Below, one piece after another: positions 38,872-48,603 of a DNA stretch of 64,000 nucleotides. Source of the stretch: a virus; IMG/VR virus record IMGVR_UViG_3300030102_006903, positions 32,001 through 96,000 of that record; one strand, 5' to 3'. A program made the position numbers and the translations under genes. Positions within the stretch are counted from its first letter, which is position 1. Each line of letters starts with the position of its first letter. The notes beneath the pieces are model-generated. The model was not told the DNA's origin. It searched no databases and saw nothing but the letters and a program-made list of their open reading frames with translations.

Positions 38872-40653
38872 TTAACCATCACACGCAACACAATCTGGGT
38901 CTACTGCTCTAGTTGCAATATCTCCTCTAAGAACTGATTCAGTTCTCATATAATATAGAGTTTTAATTCCTTGTTTCCAAGCCTCTAATGTAACTTGATT
39001 TATCCACTTCGGTGTTGCAATCGAAGGGAAAGCTAAATTTAATGAAACTCCTTGGTCAATATACTGTTGTCTAACACCAGCCTGTTTTACCAAGTCCATT
39101 TGATTAATTTCTTTGAATGTTCTAAAAACATCTTTTACAGGATAAACTTTTTCTCTTTCTCCATTAGTAATTTCTTCACAAAGTACCATTTTACCTTCTA
39201 AGTAACACCACTTATCAAGTTCTTTGATATCTTGTACTGAACCACCATCTTCCAAAATTTTATCCCAAGTTTCTTTATTATTAACACCTGCTTTTCTTAA
39301 TACCTTTACTAACTCACCATTTTTTCTGATGAATGTACCTTTTGAAGTTTGTTCAGTAAATACATTCGCTGCCCATGGTTCGATACCAGCAGATACATTT
39401 CCAGCTAATTTAGAATTACTTACTGTTGGAGCAACTGCTCTTAAGTGAGTATTTCTAAATCCACTTTCTCTACACCATAGAGGTTCACCCATTTCAGATG
39501 CCATATCTCTTGATGCTCTTTCTGATTCTATCTTTAACTGAGAAAAAATCTTACGAGTTTCAAATTGTGCCTCCATACCTTCAAATGGAATACCATTTTG
39601 TTGTAGGTAAGTGTGCCATCCTAAAACTCCTAATCCTAATGCTCTACCTTTTTCAGCAGATGCAACAGAGTTTTCAAATCCTCTCATGTTTTTTGCTTTT
39701 TGAATAAACTCTGAAAGAACACCATCTAAAAACCAAGTTGCTGTATAAACTAAATCAGTATCTCTCCACTCATTGTATTTAGCAAGATTTACTGATGATA
39801 AACAACAAACAAAGGAATGGTTTTCATCTGTGTGTAAAGTAATTTCAGAACATATGTTTGTCATATGTACTTTCAATCCATTTTTTTTGTACATCTCAGG
39901 ATTAGATTTATTAATATTTCCTTTGTACATGATGTATGGTTCACCAGTTGCTTTTCTTTTTTGTAGTAATTTTCCCCACCTTCTTCGTGCATCAGGTTCT
40001 CCTTGTTCAAGTTTTCTCATAAACTTATCACCTACAACTGCACATTGGTGTAGATTAAGTGATTGTCTATTTACATCTCCTTTAGGTTCTCTGATTTCTA
40101 ACCAATCTTCAAAATCTTCATGTTCGATATTAAGGTTAACAGATGCTGCTCCTCTTCTTACTGAACCTTGGTTTGTAGCAAGGATTGTAGAATCATATAT
40201 TTTACAGAATGGTACAACACCATCAGATGTTCCATTACCTGTAATGGTAGCACCAGCAGGTCTTATTTGGTTTACACCAATACCAACTCCACCACCATGT
40301 TTAGCAAGTAACATTAGTTCTAAGTTTTTAGAACCAATATCGTATATTGAATCGGCAACATCAATACCAAAACAAGATATAGGTAATCCTCTATCAGTGC
40401 CAGTATTTGAAAGAACTGGTGTTGCTAAGTTTAACCAACCTTTCCATATATAATCAAAAAACTTAGTTGCCAGTTGAGGTTTGTTTAATCTTTGAGCAAC
40501 TCTTGTTGCAACTCTCCAATAAGCATCTTTTGGTTTTTCACCTGGTAATAGGTATCCTTTAGATATTGTTTTTACATAAATTTCTGTATTTCCCCAAGAA
40601 GGAAAATCAACATCGATTTCCCAACCTAATTCTTCGCCGTAGTTTTTTGCCAT
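38872..40653 (-). CDS. nrdA: Class I ribonucleotide reductase alpha subunit (no ATP cone apparent)
   Basis: ATPVL, ISCF, TNICSEI, APTVS, KTLYY, C-terminal CVAC. Confidence 0.95.
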   Translation of the reverse strand: MAKNYGEELGWEIDVDFPSWGNTEIYVKTISKGYLLPGEKPKDAYWRVATRVAQRLNKPQLATKFFDYIWKGWLNLATPVLSNTGTDRGLPISCFGIDVADSIYDIGSKNLELMLLAKHGGGVGIGVNQIRPAGATITGNGTSDGVVPFCKIYDSTILATNQGSVRRGAASVNLNIEHEDFEDWLEIREPKGDVNRQSLNLHQCAVVGDKFMRKLEQGEPDARRRWGKLLQKRKATGEPYIMYKGNINKSNPEMYKKNGLKVHMTNICSEITLHTDENHSFVCCLSSVNLAKYNEWRDTDLVYTATWFLDGVLSEFIQKAKNMRGFENSVASAEKGRALGLGVLGWHTYLQQNGIPFEGMEAQFETRKIFSQLKIESERASRDMASEMGEPLWCRESGFRNTHLRAVAPTVSNSKLAGNVSAGIEPWAANVFTEQTSKGTFIRKNGELVKVLRKAGVNNKETWDKILEDGGSVQDIKELDKWCYLEGKMVLCEEITNGEREKVYPVKDVFRTFKEINQMDLVKQAGVRQQYIDQGVSLNLAFPSIATPKWINQVTLEAWKQGIKTLYYMRTESVLRGDIATRAVDPDCVACDG

Positions 40654-41771
40654 TATATTAAATTTTTTACTAAATCGTTATTTTTTACAAGTATCAATAT
40701 TTGATATTTTTCATTTTTTGTAACACTTTTATAAGTTACATGCTGGTATGGTTTATAAATTAAACATTCACCAACTTTTGGTTTTATTAATGAAAATGTA
40801 TTTCTATCGTTTTTATACCATTCATCATAAACCTCAACCTCACCACCTTCATAATCATCATTCAAAGTTATATCATAGGTAGTAACATATTGTTTTTTAT
40901 CATCAAAAGGCATATCTTTGATTGTTTCTACATGTCTATCGTATTTATTGCCTTCTTCATATTTTACAAAAACACAATCTACCTTATTCATATCAATTGG
41001 TTTAAATTTTGAAAATAAAGTATTATTGATAATTTTTTCAAATTCTTTATTATACTTTAGTTTTCTTCTAAACCACTTTCTTTTATGTAGTATTCCTTCA
41101 ACTTCTTTTTCTACATCCTCAAAAGACAAATTATCTTTGTTTTCTGAAATTAATTTACTACATAATTCTGTTGTTAAAATATTTTTAGAATCGTAAAACT
41201 TATCTTTTCTAAATTCCCCACCTACAAAATATGTCCAGCATATTGTATGGTAAGGTTTTAACAATAGTTCGTAACCTTCTTGTTGTAGACCCATTGCTTT
41301 TGAATTTAGTAAATCTAAACTTTTAAGTTCAGCATATTCATAAATCGATAAACAACAATTTTCATTTGAGATTAATTTTGCATAATCTTCAAACTTTGAA
41401 TAATTTTTATCCTCATAGGTATCCATAAAGATACCATCAAATTTTTTACTAAGAGTTGGAATTACATCTATCCAATCTCCGAAGATAATTTCTACATTAT
41501 CTTTATCTTTTGCCCACTCAATTGCTGTATCATAAATTTGTTTATTGATTTCGATACAAGTGTAACTCTTAACACCCATAGAGTAAAATCTATTAGCAGA
41601 GTAACCTAAACCAAAACCAATATCTAAAATATGACCACCACCTTTTCCAACTACATTACAAAACTCTTCTGTAAGTGGTTTTGCTATTTTATCCATAACG
41701 ATACCTTTATTTTTGATACCATCAGAATAAAATATTCTATCCTTTGTTATCGTAACCTTTTTATTTTTCAA
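40653..41771 (-). CDS. GAMT/Rmt2-like SAM methyltransferase fused to a 2OG-Fe(II) oxygenase-like domain
   Basis: LDIGFGLG, CIEIN, GDW, FDGIFMDTY; C-terminal KYEEG.KYDRHVE, LNDDYEGGE. Confidence 0.75.
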   Translation of the reverse strand: MKNKKVTITKDRIFYSDGIKNKGIVMDKIAKPLTEEFCNVVGKGGGHILDIGFGLGYSANRFYSMGVKSYTCIEINKQIYDTAIEWAKDKDNVEIIFGDWIDVIPTLSKKFDGIFMDTYEDKNYSKFEDYAKLISNENCCLSIYEYAELKSLDLLNSKAMGLQQEGYELLLKPYHTICWTYFVGGEFRKDKFYDSKNILTTELCSKLISENKDNLSFEDVEKEVEGILHKRKWFRRKLKYNKEFEKIINNTLFSKFKPIDMNKVDCVFVKYEEGNKYDRHVETIKDMPFDDKKQYVTTYDITLNDDYEGGEVEVYDEWYKNDRNTFSLIKPKVGECLIYKPYQHVTYKSVTKNEKYQILILVKNNDLVKNLI

Positions 41772-41774
41772 ATT

Positions 41775-42770
41775 TTAAAATAAATCGTCCCAATCCTCAC
41801 CTTCATTTGCTTTAGAATAATCGGTTGGTCTAATAGCGAAGAAATCGGTGTGAGTGTGTCCACCAGTTAAATGATAGAACCATTCTAAGTTTTCTGCCTT
41901 CTTTTTATCGAATTCAAAAATTGGTTCGTATCCTAATTCTTTTAATTTTGTGTTTGTTCTATCTTTGATAAATTCTTTTAAATCTTCTTTTTTAAGATTT
42001 TCTAAATCACCTAGTTCAAACATTTTATCAATAAATTTAGATTCTAATTCTACAATAAGTTTTGCAGCCTTTTGAATTGATTCTTTACATTCATCTAATA
42101 ACTCAGGATATTCATCACACATATGTCTGAATAATTGACAACCCATTCTTGAATGTAGAGATTCATCTCTTACACTCCACTTCATTTGTTGTCCAATACC
42201 TTTTAGTAAGTTTCTCATTTGAAATGAGTAAAGTACCGCAAAAGAAGAATATAAACTAACTCCCTCTGCGAATGCTGAAAAGATTGCTAAACTTCTACCA
42301 ACCTCTTGTCTTGCTTTTGGATTTGTTGCCAAATCTTCATGTTTCCATTCAGCGGTAGTTGAGGTTAGGAGTTCAAACTTCTCTGCTACTGCAGGTTCAT
42401 GCAAGAATGCCGAGAAGTCCTCTAATCCTAATGTTTCATTTAGATACGAATAAGCTGTAGCGTGAATTGTTTCTTGTGAACCAAACATCATTGCCATTTG
42501 TCTGATTTCATGTTTTGGAAACCAATCAGTAACCATGTTAGTCCAATAATCAGAAACTGCACATTCGGTTTGAGCAAATCCAAGTAGAATGTTCCCAACC
42601 AAATTCTTTTCTTCAGGTGTTAACTTTTCGTTCCAATCTTTAACATCCATTTGCATGGGTATTTCTGTGTGTAACCAAAATGCTTGTGCCTGTTTTAACC
42701 AACCTTCTGTATAATAGATTGGATATTCGAATGGTTTAAATGGGATTCTTTCTTGGAATAATTTGCTCAT
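41775..42770 (-). CDS. nrdB: Class I ribonucleotide reductase beta subunit
   Basis: W...EI, ETIHA.AY, EGV...SF, RDESLH, DFF. Confidence 0.95.
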   Translation of the reverse strand: MSKLFQERIPFKPFEYPIYYTEGWLKQAQAFWLHTEIPMQMDVKDWNEKLTPEEKNLVGNILLGFAQTECAVSDYWTNMVTDWFPKHEIRQMAMMFGSQETIHATAYSYLNETLGLEDFSAFLHEPAVAEKFELLTSTTAEWKHEDLATNPKARQEVGRSLAIFSAFAEGVSLYSSFAVLYSFQMRNLLKGIGQQMKWSVRDESLHSRMGCQLFRHMCDEYPELLDECKESIQKAAKLIVELESKFIDKMFELGDLENLKKEDLKEFIKDRTNTKLKELGYEPIFEFDKKKAENLEWFYHLTGGHTHTDFFAIRPTDYSKANEGEDWDDLF

Positions 42771-42786
42771 GATATAACCTATGTTT

Positions 42787-42957
42787 TTATTTGTTTTCTT
42801 CTACTGATGCTTTTCTGTAATCTGTTACTAATTTTTTGATTTCACCAATTGCTTTTCTAGCTCTTGATTTAGCTGCTTTTGATGAACCATTGTGTTCTGT
42901 TTCGAATTGAGTATATAACTCTTTAATTTGTTCGAAGATTTCGTTTGAATTTGCCAT
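42787..42957 (-). CDS. Histone H1-like (Hc1-type) small DNA-binding protein
   Basis: KAAKSRARKAIGEIKKLVTDYRKAS; start at ATG 42957 with an AAGGAA site upstream. Confidence 0.75.
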   Translation of the reverse strand: MANSNEIFEQIKELYTQFETEHNGSSKAAKSRARKAIGEIKKLVTDYRKASVEENK

Positions 42958-43011
42958 AAAATATTCCTTTTTTAAATTTATTTTTGAAGTGACCAACATA
43001 CTGGTCGTGTT

Positions 43012-43020
43012 TATAATTAT
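43012..43020 (-). promoter_or_regulatory. ATAATTATA variant of the recurrent motif, followed by a small leader hairpin (42991-43006)
   Basis: Motif variant; hairpin GACCAG-TATG-TTGGTC. Confidence 0.4.
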
Positions 43021-43116
43021 TGTATATATTGAAAAACGAAAAGAATTTCATATTATTTTTTATTTTACCATACAATAAAGGTTTTCTATCTATCTCTGTT
43101 AAAATTTTTTGATATA

Positions 43117-44475
43117 CTAACCCATATTTTCTACATACTTTTTGTGTAAAAGTTTTTTTGTTTCTAATTGTCCACTTGCAGCTTGTTTTTGAGCAATAAC
43201 ACCATCTGGTGAGTTCTGTTCAAAAACTTCAATGTAACCTGTATTTGTGTTCATTTTACATGGGAATGTAATTCCATCAGGTCCAAATCTGTTTTTCATA
43301 ATATGTGCTCGAGCAGTATCATTTAGTTTATCTTTTGATTTTCTACTCCAACTCATAATGAAATCTGCATTCATTACTTTTGCATATGAATCAGCAATTT
43401 TATCTGCTTCGATAACTTCTGAATCAATGGCTGAACGATTGGTTTGAGATGCAGTCCATATTGGAATTTCCAATTCACCACTCATACCACGAAGGTCGAT
43501 GTAAACCCCTCCTTGTTCCGCATAAGTAGAGTCTGTCTTATTGGAATGGGAGAGTAAAAGGTCTGCATAATCTACAATAATAACATCGGGCTTGTTATCT
43601 GTTGCAATCATCTTCTCTATGTGTTGTTGTAACTTTTTGACTGTAACACCTTTTGGTGGAAAATACTTAATAAGTAGTTTTCCTTTTAACCCTTCTATTT
43701 TACTTCTTACTTCTTCTTTTCTGTCTTTTATATCAACAGAAGGTATTTGTGTAAATACAGTATCATATCTTGCACCTACATAGTGTTCAGATAATTCTAA
43801 TGTATAGTGAACTACACTCAAACCTTGTCGAACAGCCGAAGCTCCTATTGCGGTAAGTATCCATGTCTTACCAACACCAGATGGGGCAACAACAACTCCA
43901 AGTTCACCAGGTCCTAAACCACCATCCATCAAATCATTGATTGGTTGCCAGTTGGTTGGTACAACATTTCTTTTGAGTTCTGTAACCCTATCTTCAAAAC
44001 TTTCTATATAATCAGTTCCTAAATCTGTATCATTACCGATTTTAGTTGCTTTATCAACTAAATCTTTAATTCTATCATAATTTCCTGCTTTTAATAAATC
44101 TACTGATTGTAGAATTACTCCTTTTAGGTTTTGGTTTATACAAAAGTTTGTAAATTCGTTTTTAATGTAATCTAAATCAACATTACCGATTTGAGTAAAA
44201 ACATGACGGAGTTGTTCCACCACAGTTTTCTTAAGTATCTCATTATCTAACTTTGCTAATTGTCCTTTGAATACATCAAGGGTTGGAGGTTTTTTGTAAT
44301 CTTCGTGATATCCAAGTATTTCAGATACAATCCATTTATTTGCATCGTTCTCGAAAAACTTAGAAGTTGTTACTTCAGATATTGTATCTAAAAACTTACC
44401 ATCTGTAAGTAATGCGGATACAACCTTAGATTGAAAAGATTGTCCATATTTTGATAAAGTATCTATATCCTGCAT
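43117..44475 (-). CDS. Replicative DnaB/gp41-like helicase
   Basis: APSGVGKT, TLEL, IIVDYADL, TASQ.NR, KNRFG. Confidence 0.92.
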   Translation of the reverse strand: MQDIDTLSKYGQSFQSKVVSALLTDGKFLDTISEVTTSKFFENDANKWIVSEILGYHEDYKKPPTLDVFKGQLAKLDNEILKKTVVEQLRHVFTQIGNVDLDYIKNEFTNFCINQNLKGVILQSVDLLKAGNYDRIKDLVDKATKIGNDTDLGTDYIESFEDRVTELKRNVVPTNWQPINDLMDGGLGPGELGVVVAPSGVGKTWILTAIGASAVRQGLSVVHYTLELSEHYVGARYDTVFTQIPSVDIKDRKEEVRSKIEGLKGKLLIKYFPPKGVTVKKLQQHIEKMIATDNKPDVIIVDYADLLLSHSNKTDSTYAEQGGVYIDLRGMSGELEIPIWTASQTNRSAIDSEVIEADKIADSYAKVMNADFIMSWSRKSKDKLNDTARAHIMKNRFGPDGITFPCKMNTNTGYIEVFEQNSPDGVIAQKQAASGQLETKKLLHKKYVENMG

Positions 44476-44497
44476 TTATTGACTCTAATTGTAACTA

Positions 44498-44529
44498 CAA
44501 ATATACGAAAAATATTTTTAAAATCCAAA
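44498..44529 (-). promoter_or_regulatory. Bacteroidota-type promoter
   Basis: TTTG-N20-TATATTTG. Confidence 0.8.
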
Positions 44530-45585
44530 TTATTTTGTAATAATATTTCCAAAAGTAATTTTTAACCAATCATTAATATCACCAAAGTTATTAACAACTT
44601 TATATTTTAATAAAATTTTTAAGAAATCAATTTTATTAAGTGGTTTTATTTTTTCATTAAATCTATCTAAAACTTTCATTTTTATCTGACCCGATATATC
44701 AACATCTTTCAATTGCATTAATTTTTCATTTAGATATATTTGTTTCTTGGCTTTTAAAATATCATTGTATATTTTTATTTTTCCTTTTGTTTCTTCTATC
44801 TTTTGTTCAGTTAATTCAAACAAATCATCAACTGTAACTAATTTTTCTTCTGTTATCTCTGGAAATCTTTTGATTAAAGTTTTGATACCACAACCATAAA
44901 CTCCAGGTATATTATCAGATTTATCACCATCAAGAACTCGATATACTAAAATATTTTTAGCATCAATTCCATATTCTTCAAAAACTGATTTTCTATTATA
45001 AATTTTCTTTTTGGTTGGTGACCAGACGATAGTATTTTCATCAACTAATTGTAGGAAATCCTTATCAGTTGACATTACTACCGCCTGTTCTTTATCTTTA
45101 AGAATGTGTGTAGTGATATACGCCATAACATCATCAGCCTCAACACCATCGTAAATCATAGTTGTGATTGGTAATCCATCTAACATTTCATTTAACCAAA
45201 CGAACTGTCTTTTCATAGATTCTCTCTCATCTTCATCATTCATTAAATCTGAATATGCACGATTTACTCTGAGTTTATTCTTATCTCTGTTAGCTTTATA
45301 ACCACTAAACTGTTTTTTTCTTTTTATAGAGCCACCCTTACCATCAAATACTACAACAACACGAGTCGGTTGTACTTGTCTAATTGCGTAACCTATTGAT
45401 TTTAGAGCACCAGTAACACCACCAACATGGTCACCATCATCATTCATTGTAGGAATGGATGACCAACATCTGATGAATGTATTTAGACCATCGATAATTA
45501 AAACTCTATCGTTTTGTTTTCTATCGATATTTTGGTCATGGTCTCTTTCAACCGAATCTAATATGTTTTTGTAGAGTTGTTTCAT
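44530..45585 (-). CDS. 5'-3' exonuclease/flap endonuclease (T4 RNase H-like)
   Basis: IIDGLN, VFDG, YKANR, EADD, STDKDF.QL, GDKSDNIPGV.G.G.KT. Confidence 0.92.
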   Translation of the reverse strand: MKQLYKNILDSVERDHDQNIDRKQNDRVLIIDGLNTFIRCWSSIPTMNDDGDHVGGVTGALKSIGYAIRQVQPTRVVVVFDGKGGSIKRKKQFSGYKANRDKNKLRVNRAYSDLMNDEDERESMKRQFVWLNEMLDGLPITTMIYDGVEADDVMAYITTHILKDKEQAVVMSTDKDFLQLVDENTIVWSPTKKKIYNRKSVFEEYGIDAKNILVYRVLDGDKSDNIPGVYGCGIKTLIKRFPEITEEKLVTVDDLFELTEQKIEETKGKIKIYNDILKAKKQIYLNEKLMQLKDVDISGQIKMKVLDRFNEKIKPLNKIDFLKILLKYKVVNNFGDINDWLKITFGNIITK

Positions 45586-45815
45586 TATAATACTTCTTTT
45601 GTTGAGAAATACTTCTCTAAAGTTTCTAATCTTTCATCTGCAGATGCTAATAATTTCAAAGCAGCAGTTGCGTTATCCCAAAAATCTTTAGTAGAATGGT
45701 CTCCTATTCCACTTGGAAAGTTTTTAAGTAAATCTAACGATAATAATGCTTTGTTCTTATCAGCCTCAGCTTCTGACTTTAACATATCATAAAGTCTTTT
45801 ATCTATTTTTGCCAT
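45585..45815 (-). CDS. Hypothetical protein
   Basis: 76-aa ORF with a GIGDHS motif. Confidence 0.6.
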   Translation of the reverse strand: MAKIDKRLYDMLKSEAEADKNKALLSLDLLKNFPSGIGDHSTKDFWDNATAALKLLASADERLETLEKYFSTKEVL

Positions 45816-45824
45816 AATTTAAAT

Positions 45825-46949
45825 TTATTCTGTGCTACCTTCAGTATCAAGTTCCATTGAGTCAATATCAAGTGTATCTGATTTATATTGTAAGATTGAT
45901 TCTTCACAAATCTTTTTGTAAATTTGTTCTCTTACATCATCTCTATCTTCCATCAAACCAATAAATTCTTTTGATTGGAATTTAATCTCTTCACCTGTAT
46001 CAGTATCAACATAAGTGTACCAGGCACCAGCTTGTTTTACTAATTTATTTTCTTTCATCACCTTTAACCAAGAACCATAGTTATCGATTCCTCTATCAAA
46101 ATAGATTTCAAAATCTGCTGCTCTTAGTGGTGGTCCCATTCGGTTTTTAACAACCTGACAACGAACTTTCATACCAACAACTTTATCGTTGCCGTTTACC
46201 TTTTGTTTGATTTGTCCCATTCCCTTCAATCTCAATCTTACAGAGGCATGGAAAGCAAGAGCTTTTCCACCACTTGTAGTCCATGGGTCACCAAACGGCA
46301 TTGCGTTCATTTTTTGTCTTAATTGGTTGGTAAATACCAAAGTAATTTTCTGTCTACCAATCATATTGGTAATCTTTCTCATCGCCTTTGATATAATAAT
46401 TGCTTTATCAGTAGCATATCCATCTTTGTTGTAATCAGATGCCAACTCGTTTTTAGTTGAAGCAGCTGCAACTGAATCTACTACGATAGTAACCAATTTA
46501 TCTCTATCAGTAGTTCTTACCTTTTCGATGATAGTTTCTGTGAAATCAAAGATTTGTTCAACTGAATCTGCTGATACATAAAGAAGTTTAGAGACGTCAA
46601 CACCGATTGCCTCTAAAAATTCTCTACTTACTGCAGTTTCTGTATCAATCAATACAGCAACTCCACCCAATTTTTGCGTTTCAGCTAAAAGGTGTGCAGA
46701 TACTAATGATTTTCCACTTTGTTCTAAACCAGTAATTTCTGTGATTCTACCAACTGGTAAACCACCATAAGGACGATTAGAAACAGCAACATCCAACATA
46801 GCACAACCTGTCGATACCCACCCTTCTACATTGGTAGGTGCTTCATCTGAATCAAGGAAGTATGCTACTTTTTGGTCTTTGGAATATTTGTTAAGTTCAC
46901 CCGCAAGAACATCTGCTAGGTCTAGCTCTTTTGCTTTCTTTTTCGCCAT
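45825..46949 (-). CDS. recA: RecA/UvsX recombinase
   Basis: GLEQSGKS, DTE, VVDSVAA, NQLR, GGKAL.F.ASVR, KNR. Confidence 0.93.
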   Translation of the reverse strand: MAKKKAKELDLADVLAGELNKYSKDQKVAYFLDSDEAPTNVEGWVSTGCAMLDVAVSNRPYGGLPVGRITEITGLEQSGKSLVSAHLLAETQKLGGVAVLIDTETAVSREFLEAIGVDVSKLLYVSADSVEQIFDFTETIIEKVRTTDRDKLVTIVVDSVAAASTKNELASDYNKDGYATDKAIIISKAMRKITNMIGRQKITLVFTNQLRQKMNAMPFGDPWTTSGGKALAFHASVRLRLKGMGQIKQKVNGNDKVVGMKVRCQVVKNRMGPPLRAADFEIYFDRGIDNYGSWLKVMKENKLVKQAGAWYTYVDTDTGEEIKFQSKEFIGLMEDRDDVREQIYKKICEESILQYKSDTLDIDSMELDTEGSTE

Positions 46950-46960
46950 ATAGTTTTGTA

Positions 46961-47779
46961 TTAATTGTTAAACAAGTCATCGAATGCAGCTGCAACATCA
47001 TCAGTTTTCTTTGAATCTGATTTTGTTTCTACTGAACCACCATCATTAGATGTAGTAGTTTTAGTTTCAGTTACAGGTTTAGTTGAAAGAGATTCTTGTG
47101 AAACTGATTCATCTTTACCTTCTGCAGTTGGATTCAACCATCCTTCTAATACTGATTTTAATTCATCATAAGATAATTCAGAATATAAATCTGTAATTTC
47201 AGTTTGTGATTCAATAAATGAAGTTGCCTTATCTGTATCCTCACTCAATGGTGTTTCGCTTGGTTTAACTCTAATAGTAGTAGTTGGATAAGTGGTACCA
47301 GCCTGTTCTGCTGATTTATATTCGATTGTTAAATCTCTACCACTTGTAGGGTCAGTAATATCACCATAATCTGGGTCTGCAATATAACCAAGAATCTCTT
47401 GATATACAGTTTTACCAAATCCCCAAAATCTTACTCCTTCACCTTCTTCACCTCTTACAATAACAGGTACGAAAGTTCTTAACTTTGGTTCCATAGCTTT
47501 TGCAGCTTTCCAATCATCTTTATCACCCATTCTTTTTAGTTTATCCGCAAACTCTACAATAGGGTCTGGTCTACCAAATGATTGTGGTGATAAATAAGTT
47601 TTGTTGTTAATGTTGTAGTGAAAATAAAGTTCAATGAAAGGATTATCTCTGTTGAACTTATAGGGAACTATTCTTACAGTATGTTTCCCTGGTGTTGGTT
47701 TCCACAAAGCATCTGTTTTTCTTTGTGTGTTTTGTAGTTTGTTCAGTCTACTTCTGATTGCATTAATGTCTAGTGCCAT
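46961..47779 (-). CDS. Single-stranded DNA-binding protein (gp32-like)
   Basis: WKP..G...VRIVP, FGKTVY..I, D...GRDL, acidic tail DDVAAAFDDLFNN; adjacent to recA. Confidence 0.8.
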   Translation of the reverse strand: MALDINAIRSRLNKLQNTQRKTDALWKPTPGKHTVRIVPYKFNRDNPFIELYFHYNINNKTYLSPQSFGRPDPIVEFADKLKRMGDKDDWKAAKAMEPKLRTFVPVIVRGEEGEGVRFWGFGKTVYQEILGYIADPDYGDITDPTSGRDLTIEYKSAEQAGTTYPTTTIRVKPSETPLSEDTDKATSFIESQTEITDLYSELSYDELKSVLEGWLNPTAEGKDESVSQESLSTKPVTETKTTTSNDGGSVETKSDSKKTDDVAAAFDDLFNN

Positions 47780-47813
47780 AATTACTCCTTTTAAATGTTA
47801 TTAAATTAAATTT

Positions 47814-47849
47814 TAAGTTTAAGTTTTGAGTGTCAAACTTACAACACTC
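47814..47849 (-). promoter_or_regulatory. H-type RNA pseudoknot in the SSB mRNA leader (T4 gene 32 operator-like)
   Basis: GAGUGUU-G-UAAGUUU-GACACUC-AAAACUU-AAACUUA: S1 7 bp, L1 1 nt, S2 7 bp, last loop 7 nt. Confidence 0.75.
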
Positions 47850-47857
47850 GGTGTATA

Positions 47858-47866
47858 TATAAATAT
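47858..47866 (-). promoter_or_regulatory. ATATTTATA motif upstream of the SSB leader
   Basis: Recurrent motif. Confidence 0.55.
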
Positions 47867-47913
47867 TAGAAAATCCCAAAAACACACCGAAATTTAAGGA
47901 ATTTATTAACAAT

Positions 47914-48342
47914 TTACTTGGCCCATTTACCACTTGAAACTAATTGTGCAATGATACCATAAACTGATAAATCTTGGAAGGTATCTTCACATGATTCACC
48001 TATATTATCTTGTTTACCTAGTATAACTAATTGTTTTAATCTTTGAATCTTATCATGCATTCTAAACCAAAGACCTGTAAGAGATACTTTCTTTTCTTCT
48101 TCAGTTTGTAAATTACTACAAACCGAAATATTTTCTGGTCCATAGTTAGATTGTTTTAAACAAAATAATTCATATTGTGTAAACATAATTCTTTTAAACT
48201 CTGCTGTCATTTCTGGCCATTGTTTTTCCATTTCCTCAACAACCTTTGGGTTATCATATTTGATAACTTCATCATATTGAGGTTTAACAATCTCTGGTTT
48301 AAATTTATGATTTTTTGATTTTTTTCTAACAGTTTTCTCCAT
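47914..48342 (-). CDS. Nucleotide-modification-associated domain 1 (Nmad1/DUF1599)-like protein
   Basis: KQSNYG, RMHDKIQRL, ESCEDTFQDLSVYGII. Confidence 0.75.
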   Translation of the reverse strand: MEKTVRKKSKNHKFKPEIVKPQYDEVIKYDNPKVVEEMEKQWPEMTAEFKRIMFTQYELFCLKQSNYGPENISVCSNLQTEEEKKVSLTGLWFRMHDKIQRLKQLVILGKQDNIGESCEDTFQDLSVYGIIAQLVSSGKWAK

Positions 48343-48361
48343 AATTAAATTTTAATTTATA

Positions 48362-48393
48362 CAAATATACGAAATTATTTTTATAATTCCAAA
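48362..48393 (-). promoter_or_regulatory. Bacteroidota-type promoter
   Basis: TTTG-N20-TATATTTG. Confidence 0.8.
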
Positions 48394-48414
48394 TAAAAAT
48401 AAAGTTTTTTTTTC

Positions 48415-48603
48415 TTAAATTGAAAGATGGTTTAATTTTTCTTTCAATCTTTTCATGTGTTTACAAGGTGAATATGGTCTAAATTGTCTAGCCATACACT
48501 CACAATCATCAATCTTATAATCAGTAACTCGTACTTGGTAGTATTTAAGATTACCTTTCTTATCTCTACTACCCATTTCTCTATAATACCAACTATCAGC
48601 CAT
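48415..48603 (-). CDS. SWIM zinc-finger protein
   Basis: Y.V...CEC.A..F...PCKHM. Confidence 0.75.
   Translation of the reverse strand: MADSWYYREMGSRDKKGNLKYYQVRVTDYKIDDCECMARQFRPYSPCKHMKRLKEKLNHLSI

Noticed and set aside
31328-46949. Introns or inteins in polB, nrdA, nrdB, helicase or recA
   Set aside because: The ORFs are continuous and of normal size; no intein motifs seen
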